Translations under genes and position numbers: made by a program
In this document: positions 54,646-64,000 of the stretch, piece after piece
Numbering within the stretch: position 1 is the first letter of the stretch
Layout of the letters: each line of letters starts with the position of its first letter
Origin: Eledone cirrhosa
Lineage: Eukaryota
Reading direction: 5' to 3'
NCBI GenBank assembly: GCA_964016885.1
Contig: OZ024741.1
Location: 184,450,001-184,514,000, forward strand
Length of the DNA stretch: 64,000 nt
The notes under the pieces: generated by a model
Databases searched by the model: none
Told to the model about the DNA's origin: nothing
The model's input: only the letters and a program-made list of their open reading frames with translations

Positions 54646-55920
54646 ATTGTTTCTACTTTAGGCACAAGGCCAGCAAATACACAGTGCATTACTGGTACTT
54701 TATTTTATCGACCCCGTAAGGATGAAAGGCAAAGTCAACCTCGGCGGGATTTGAACTCAGATCGTAAAGGGATGTAACTATGCTGGAAAGCATGGCGTCC
54801 GACTCTCTACCGATACTGCCAATCGCGGTAATAATAATAATAATAATTGTTTCTACATTTGGCACAAGGCTAGCAATTAAACAGTACATTACTGGTACTT
54901 TATTTTATCGACCCTGTAAGGATGAAAGGCAAAGTTAATAATGGCTTCTGATTTAGGCACAAGATCAATTATATTTGAGGAAGGGAGAGTCGAAGAAATC
55001 GACCCCTGTACCCTACTGGTACTTTAATTTATAGACCAGGTAAGGATGAAAGTCAGAGCTAAAATTAGTGGGATTTGAGGTCAGAACGTAAAGAGCCATA
55101 ACTATATACCACAAAGCATGTTCGTCGACACCCTAGCGTTTCTGCAAATCCACCACCCTATTGTTAATAGTAATACTACTAATAATTGTTTCTACTTTAG
55201 GCACAAGGCCAGCAATTATCCCAGTGCATTACTGGTTCTTATTTTATCGACCCCGTAAGGGTGACAGGCAAAGTTTACCATGGGATGATTTGAACTCATA
55301 CCGTAAAAGGGCCGTAACTCCTATTACGGAAAAGCATGGTGTCTGACGCTCTACCGATACTGCCAAACCACCGCCCTTAATACTACTAATAATTGTTGTT
55401 TCTACTTTTGGCACAAGGCCAGCAATTATCCAGTACATTACTGGTACTTTATTTTAGCGACCCCGTAAGGATGAAAGGCAAAGTTGCCCTCGTCCGGATT
55501 TGAACTCAAACCATAAAGGGACGTAAATATACTAGAAAGCATGGCGTCCAACCCTCTACTGATACTGCCAATTCACCGCTACTAATAATGGTTTCTTATT
55601 TAGGCACAAGGCCAGCAATTTTGTTTTGGTGGTGGTGGGGGGGGGGGGGTAGGTCGATGTAATTGACCCCAGTGTGTGACTGGTACTTTATTTTATCGAC
55701 CCCGTAAGGATGAAAGGCAACGTTAACCTCGGCAGGATTTGAACTCAGATCATAAAGGGCCGTAACTAATGGTTTCTAATATTGGTACAAGGCCAGCAAT
55801 TTGGTGGAAGCGTAACGTCGATTATATTGAACCCTGGTATTTAACTGGTACTTTATTTTATCGACCTGGGAAAAATGAAAGATAAAGCTGATTACGGCGG
55901 GATTTGAACTCAGAATGTGG
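54640..55920 (-). mobile_element. Tandem array of ~7 SINE copies, all on the minus strand
   Basis: Repeated ttgtttctact..ggcacaaggccagcaa...ctggtactttattttatcgaccccgtaaggatgaaaggc separated by TAA runs. Confidence 0.92.
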
Positions 55921-56502
55921 AAATCTCGCCGAAGTTAACTTTAACCATTTTATCCGTTAAGAATGCGTGTTAATAGTGTAAAAAAAGAAAGGATATACTT
56001 CTAAGATCTGCATCAACACTTGAGAGACACCAGTTTTTAGATCAGATTAACAGATTCTCCAATAATAAATTTTATTTCCAATTTATTGAAAAATATAATT
56101 ATGCTACTAATTTGTAATGATTACTAGAGTTATATAATATTTAAACACGCATACACATGCGCGCCTACATACACACAGTCGCGCGCACATACTTGTATAT
56201 GATGTTGCTGCTACTGCTGATAATTATGACTATAATCTTGATTGTTATGATGATGATGATGATGATGATGATAACTGTGATGTTGATGATGATGATGATG
56301 ATGATGATGACTGTGATGATCATGACTATAGTATTAATACAAGATCATTTGATTTAGGATTAAAAGCATTGCAAATGTACATTAATCCCACCTCATCGAC
56401 AATTTAAATATAAATACATCGTCTTAATTTAATACTGCGATTAGAATGGACTATACATTTTCTCATGCATGTGTGTATATATATATATATATTTATGTAT
56501 AC

Positions 56503-56579
<77 letters not shown>

Positions 56580-57418
56580 TGTGTGTGTGTATATATGCAC
56601 GTACATTTCAGCTTCTGCATCTTGCATAGAGATTTGCGCAACATTCATTTTCATTGTGTACGCGTAGATGTTCTGCCATTAATATATGATGGTCAGAAAT
56701 GTGTGTAGTTGTTAGAGGGAATTAAATTAAATGAACAACTATTCAAAGTGTATAAAGATATTTTCTTTCATCCTAAAGGCAGAACAGTCTAAATTTAATT
56801 CTGCGCTTTGGTGCCTAGCTCAGGTTTACATCGATTTTCTGATTACTACAAAGTGAATTTACATAAAATGGTAAGAGAATTGCTGGCACACGTTAAGCTG
56901 ATGAACATTTCAGATCAGAATGGTGTACGTTGCCACATAATTTTAGAACAGAGCGAAAGAGAGGGGAGGACACTAAATGTAGCCCTTATTTCTTCCTACA
57001 TTTATACGCATATTTTTCCTGAATATCATAAAATAAGGAAATAACTAACCCTTCATTCCCGCCTAATTATTGTTTGCCACCAGTTTAGGTCTTTTCAAGA
57101 ATCAGCTTGTCTAAAGCTCCATGCAACGAACATATTAATAGTTCATGTAAATAAAGGTGAAGACTTTTGTGTTTGTAGCTGTTGTGCTGTGTATATATCG
57201 TGGTATATACATGGATGAAATATGTTGTATATGATAGAAATATAATGTGGGTGTTTATGAGGGCAAAATAGACCTGTAGTATAAGAATCACCAGAAGTAG
57301 ATGCAGAAGTGAAATTATCCTCTGCAGTAACTTATGTTTATATAACAGCCACAAGAAAAAAAAAAAGAATTTATTCTTAACCAATGCACTAAAGACGAGA
57401 AAATGAAATACCTAAATG

Positions 57419-57494
<76 letters not shown>

Positions 57495-57548
57495 TATAAA
57501 ATATATGCATATATGTATTTGCAAAAGAGTATATATATATGTGTATGA

Positions 57549-57619
<71 letters not shown>

Positions 57620-57811
57620 CATATATACATACTGTATATATATGTGTGTATATATATATGCATCTATATATATATATATATATATATATATCTACAAATA
57701 TGTATATATATATATATTCATTAGTTAAGCAAAACAAGACCACAAATTTAACAAGGAAGACATTATTAAAAGATTGTCAACATAGTTTTAGTTTGATGTA
57801 AGGAATGTAGA

Positions 57812-57846
<35 letters not shown>

Positions 57847-58149
57847 TCCGTTTACAATTGTTTCGCTACTCCATATAATGTTTCTGGATCAAATGATTAT
57901 AGATCATTATTGATCTGGTTCAGTTGAAAATAATTAACTAAGGTACAATTAGAGCAGCTCAACGGAACTTCAAAAGCAATATAAATTAAATAAGGAAAGA
58001 ATGTTACATGAATGTAATGTTCCATATATTGGTATTCCACTATGGTGTCCTGGGTATATCTATTGTCTGCCATAGTCGAGCAGTATTCTTCTGTCGAGGC
58101 TGCATTGTGTGAGATCTGCCTATGAGTAACAAGATGGCCGCCAATGGAC

Positions 58150-59910
58150 ATATTTACCTTAATAATTTGAGGGTGGTTTCAGGTGAAGTAACTCCTCCAG
58201 AAATTAGAAATTGTGGGTAGTTTATAGTCAAGAAGTGCTAATTTTTAAATTTTTTAATTGAGAGACAATGTAAGGGAGGTAACTTATAATTATCTAAGTT
58301 AGCTATAACTATTTAACTTATTAGCTATAAGTAAAAATGGGGCTAGATGACTATGTTGGGTCAAATATTCTGTTGGCGAATGAATTAGCTCTTCGAAGTT
58401 GACAGCTAATAGTTACCTCCGTTCTATCGTTAATCGGTAGGGGTCGTGATAGAGTTATGTAATATGCTTCGGTAAGACAGAGGTCACAAGAGTTTCTTCG
58501 TCCATTGAACGGTTGGGCCCTAGCCAAGATATCCCATGTTAGTGAGTGTTCAATGTTGGTTAATTTAAGGTTTTTAATGAGCCTAGCTAGAGATGTCGAA
58601 CATCTGTTGTTAGTGTCTCGGAAGGAAAAAGAGTGCACGTTATAGCGTACCTTAAAAGGGTTAGAGGTAGAGCCAATATAGAGCTGGTATGCGAAGCAGT
58701 TTTAACTGTGCACCTATAAACTATATTGGGTGTCAGGCAATGACAATTTAGTGGGCATGCATTAGGGTGACGGTAGTTGCAGTTACTTCTGCGATTAGTG
58801 AGAGTAGGGTTGTTTAAACTATGCGGTTGGTCCGTGCTAGAAGGATTAGATAGGGGAGGTGTGTTACTAGAGTAAGTATTGGTGTAGTGGCGTGGTATAT
58901 TTGATGGGGGTAGTGGTACCTCGGTGTGGGAGTTATACTGTCTTAGTTTATGATGGTTACTGAATGCGATGTGGCTAGCTAGGTTAGGTGTTGTGGAGAA
59001 TGAGATTTTAATGTTGTTTTTATTAAAGAGTTTGTAATATCTATGGTTGGGTGGGGGTGGGGGATGTTTAGATAGGATAGAGAAGAAGCGTTTAGGGATA
59101 TTAGTGGCTAGATTAGATGAGAATGGAGGGGGGTTTAAGCCAGGTGATATTTCTAGGCCTATTCCTTCTAGGGTTTCTAGTGGAGTTGGTAGGGGCCTTC
59201 ATAAGGTTATTATTACCTGAGCATTTGTTATTTGTCATCCCATTGCTCATTCCTATTCTAGAGTTGATTTTTAGTTTGCTACTTGGAGTGGGAAGTAGGC
59301 CACTGTCCCCATTAAGGTTCCCTGTTATGGTGCTATTACTGCTAAAATTCCGGCGAATCTGGCTATATGCTAAGGTATTTCTAGTTGTAGTGTTAAGTTT
59401 ATTATGGTTGTGGTGAAGTTCTATGTTATGGCATTTAGGTATGTAGTAAATGGACTGTTATAACCAGATTCAGAAAGAGCCTTATTATAATATGGCGCAT
59501 GGTTTATAAATATCTCCTCATTTGCTGATAGCATGGAGATCCTATACAAGATAGATTTGATTACTGTTCTGATGACTGCCGGTGGGTGGTTAGAGTGTGG
59601 GCTAATATATGTAAGTATTTCAGCTGGTTTATGGTAAGGGTAATATAAGTTATTGTTAATATCTAGGGTAACGTCTAGGAAGTTTACTACTTTATGGTTC
59701 GGCTCGATGGTGATAGAGAGACCGTTATTTTTAAAGAATCTATGTAATTGTTTTTTGAGCAAGTCAATGCCCCGATTAGTGCAATTGTGGACTGCAAATA
59801 GGGCGTCGTCCCTATATATTCCGCCTTGCAAGGGTTGGATTTCAACTCTGATGTTATGTAATAAGTAAATTCCAACTAAATCGGTGATTTGCGCAGAGTC
59901 ACTTGAGCCC
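58150..59910 (-). mobile_element. PLE remnant (Neptune/Nematis-type): RT C-terminal half and GIY-YIG, 5'-truncated at (TA)n
   Basis: MGSSDSAQITDLVGIYLL, GGIYRDDALF, VNFLDVTLD, YISPHSNHPP; ACPLNCHCLTPNIVYRC, YIGSTSNPFKVRYN, CDLCLTEAYYI. Confidence 0.9.
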
Positions 59911-59930
59911 ATATATATATATATATATGT

Positions 59931-60018
<88 letters not shown>

Positions 60019-60024
60019 ATGTGC

Positions 60025-60079
<55 letters not shown>

Positions 60080-60970
60080 TATATACATAATCAAACGCAT
60101 ATTTTACTTGAAAGCGACCATTTGTAAACATTATTCCACTCTCAAGTAAATAACATTAAGAAATTGATATATCGTTATATTTATAAATTTATGGTTACTA
60201 ATCGTTCTGATTTTGTCCTGAAATTAGTACATCACTTTCTATATACTCTTTGAACTACTATGATGTATATAGTTCACAGAAATTCCTTTTACTTTTATCC
60301 CTCGGTGTTAACAAAACGACTCCATAGAAATTATTCGTTTCTCATCGGTTACGCTAAAGCCAAAGAAAAATAGTGTTTTAATATGGTGGGAGGTTTACGT
60401 TCCTGAATAGAGATTTACCATTAAAATGTCGATGGTTTATTTTTTTAGTTATTTTTGTTGTAGCTACAGATTTATTTTGGTAGTTTATTGTTTTTTTTTC
60501 TTTCAATATTTTTCCATTTTCGGATAGCCCGTGGTGTTTCTCTCTCTCTAAACAGCCGCAAGCCTATATCTTCGTTTCCGAGTTAATTACTATAATGGTT
60601 GGATATCTCTGCACTTTGATATTTTGTCATGTTCTTAGTTGCTTTATTTAATTATTTATCTTAGTTTGGTTTAAGATAAGATAGCCATTTTTATTAATTC
60701 TAGAACAACATAGTCCTACTCCACATGTATATGTATGTATGTGTGTATGTATGTATGCATGTATGTATATATTTATGTATGTATTATGTATGTATTACGT
60801 ATGTGTGTATGTATGTATGCATGCATGTATGTAGGTATGTTTGTATGTATATGTATGTTTGTGTGTGTATGTATATGTATGTGTATGTGCGTGAATGTAC
60901 GCGTGTGTACAGATATAATATAATATAGGTTTCATAGGCAATTCATATCATTTATAGCACACACACACGA

Positions 60971-61069
<99 letters not shown>

Positions 61070-61224
61070 TATATACACACACTTATTATAAGAACAGATT
61101 AAAGTTTAAGCAAAGATTCGCTGCTTTCACCCTTAACGGGATCTGAAACTGAAAAAAATCAATGTGGACGTAGAACTAAATTTATTTATATAAATATATA
61201 TATGCACACACACATGTATATATA

Positions 61225-61328
61225 TAGCGTGTCCCCAAAAGATGTATAGACATTTTGAATACCTGTACATGCAATAATTATTAGAATGTTGTTGAAGTGT
61301 GTGTACATTTTTGGGGGGACACCCTGAA
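61225..61328. mobile_element. MITE (same family as 38503 and 47862)
   Basis: gtgtccccaaaagatgtatagaca ... tgtgtacatttttgggggacaccctg. Confidence 0.7.
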
Positions 61329-62603
61329 CATAAAGAAAGAAAAAAAGAGAGAGGAAGAGAGAAAAGAAAGAGAGATAGAACAGCTTTACTTTTCAACGAT
61401 GTTATAAGGAAGGCACGCTTACGTTGACATTTATATCTTTTTTTTTAACTTTTCATATTTCCTTACTTGTCTTTTATATTTGGCATATACAGTTATTTAT
61501 TGACGTCTCAATACCTTATCGGCCTCATTTTGTGAAGAAAGTTGTGATAGCGGATGTTGTTGCAGCGTTTGTGTTGTAGTCACTAAGATATTAGAAACTC
61601 AAATCCATCACCTCTGATATGACTACGAAATGAACCTTGTTTTAACATTTCCAATTCAAAATGATGATTTTTCGTTTACATTTATAAAATCATTCCGAAG
61701 ATCTTTTCCTACCTATTACAAGAGAACTCTCATCACTTCATTCATAACTTGAGCCCTTGATTTTCTTGAAACGTTAATGGACTTTACGAACGCTATATCC
61801 AAGCTAAACTTGAAGGACTAATAATGCAATACGAAAAATCATGATTAATATCGATATAAAGTAATTTTAAATGGCACCATACCAATTTTTTAAGCAACAC
61901 AAAATGCATTATGATTGAAAACTTTCGTTGATTAACTAACAGCCGCCATTAAAAGCAATCTATATATATATACATATGCAGGCAAGTATGTATGTATGTA
62001 AGTAAGTATGTATGTATGGATGCATGCATGTATGTATGTATGTATATATATATGTGTGTGTATTTGTATTTATATATATAATTATTTGTTTTTATGCATT
62101 TATTCATTTATATTAATACTTTTAGAAATTTTAATCATTCTATTTTCATTCTTTTCTACCTAGAGGCTATTTTAGTAGGTTCTCAACTAATTACTATAAT
62201 AGTAAACATATAGCCTGCTTTTTACTTTCATTTTTTATTTTTTGTTTTTCTTGTTTATGTTATTTCATTTTGTTTTGCAGCCTATACGAAAAAGCAAATA
62301 TTTAATAAAGTGCTATTACGAAAATGTTTAAAAGCAATTTGAGGCTGATCCTGAAATAAATATACCAAACAAGAAATAGAGAAAAATTGATGTACATAAT
62401 TTATCTAATTATTATTATTAGTGTTGTTCATATAGAGCATATATGTATCTATGTGTATATGTACGTATATATGTGTGCGTGTGAGTGCATGTGTGTATGT
62501 GCATTTGCTCACACACTTAAATATTAATAAATATACTTACATTTGCCGTACCCATTTACAAGGTGCATTATCGATGTTTTCCATATATATTTGTTCATGC
62601 TCT

Positions 62604-62652
<49 letters not shown>

Positions 62653-62846
62653 TACACATATATATATATATGTATAAGGTTTCCCGTAATATTTTTGACT
62701 ATGATTTAGTCTAATATGGGGCGCATAAAACCATCGAACAGAAAAAGATTATATTAAAAATCTTCTATTTCTATTTCTGTTTCAATACTAAAGTTCGCTC
62801 GCTGCGTTCCAAATATACTTCCATCTATATATATAAAACTGTTGTT

Positions 62847-63002
<156 letters not shown>

Positions 63003-63378
63003 CCTCATTTTTGCAAAATATATACAAATCCACATTTCTACTCCGATCGGCTTCAAATTTGTGATTTATATATTCCTTGCAGTCTAAAGGTACTAACTGC
63101 AGCTTTTATTTTTCTATTTTCTGTTGTTAAAGGTGTATAAGGCGCCGGTTTCTCAGAAACTTAATAATGAGGAGTGGCACCCCATCCTGAACCTGTTTAT
63201 AGAATTCTTTCTGCCTTTGTTACTCTAAAAATAAAAATAAAAATAAACTATAGCTTTGTAGAATTAGCTTTTAATGAATTCCCATTTCTATCAACCAATG
63301 ACCTACACCCATCCCAGTCCCTACCCTCTTCTACCACTTGAAGAGACCTATAAATACCATACTTATTTATTGATACCC

Positions 63379-63429
63379 AGATTCCTGATGATTTCTAAAG
63401 AATGAAACAGTTCTAGTCCTGTAGAATCT
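63379..63429 (+). ncRNA. Type I hammerhead ribozyme with apparently intact core and three helices
   Basis: agattc-CTGATGA-t-ttc taaa gaa-t-GAAA-cag ttctagtc ctg-TA-gaatct; helix I is 6 bp perfect; predicted cleavage after GUA at 63423. Confidence 0.85.
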
Positions 63430-63511
63430 CATCTATATTAAAACTTTTATACTCTGCAATGTATTGAGTACCTTACTTACTGTGGTTACCTCCGATTCAA
63501 CCCGGAATAAC

Positions 63512-63568
<57 letters not shown>

Positions 63569-64000
63569 ATAAGAACAGATTAAAGTTTAAGCAAAGAATC
63601 GCTGCTTTCAACATTAACGGGATCTTCTGAAATTAAAATATTTCGAGAAACGTTACAACCGAAGGAAAACAGGAAGACGATATTTTGGTTCGTGAAGACG
63701 TTCCCTGGTAATGAACGGAAAAAAAGCGAGGATAATAAGTCGTTATGTGGAACGAGAAGACCAAGTTTATGGTAGAAATGGAGTCGTTAGACTAATATTC
63801 TATTTAAAATAACAGAATGATTTCCAGCCCCGGAGTTTAAGAAAATGGCAAATAAAATTAAAAACGAAAATGACAGAGGTTATTAAAATAGTAAAAGTAA
63901 ATAGTGAAGATTTAGGCCAGTACATACGTATGCGCCGACGGACATACACATGCATACGCACACACAAATACATACACACACACACACACGCGTGTGTGTG

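Noticed and set aside
57085-57384. 99-aa ORF
   Set aside because: No recognisable domain or consistent splice frame
59911-60131. N-terminal extension of the 236-aa RT ORF
   Set aside because: Read-through into (TA)n/(CA)n; the element is truncated at ~59910

Overview
AT-rich eukaryotic repeat-dominated DNA with no recognisable host protein-coding exon, rRNA, tRNA gene or CRISPR array. Nearly all ORFs in the track are artefacts of (TA)n/(CA)n/(GA)n and trinucleotide repeats. The extreme microsatellite load and the abundant tRNA-derived SINE suggest an octopus-type cephalopod genome (inference). The window holds: (i) a near-complete but stop-interrupted Penelope-like element (PLE; RT + GIY-YIG, 18098-21348, minus) and three further PLE remnants; (ii) about 25 copies of one SINE family, often in tandem clusters; (iii) fragments of Tx1/L1, RTE, R4/Dong and CRE-type LINEs, a mariner remnant and small MITEs; (iv) 32-bp, ~70-bp, ~120-bp and 12-bp tandem arrays. 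The most striking hidden layer is at least a dozen hammerhead-ribozyme (HHR) motifs from several unrelated PLE/retrozyme-like families. Many sit in short fold-back (palindromic) insertions inside (TA)n tracts. In several of these the inversion point maps to helix II of the ribozyme, and one locus is a head-to-head pair of greater-than-unit-length ~428-bp HHR-containing monomers (retrozyme-like). All alignments and folds were done by eye, so coordinates may be off by a few bases.
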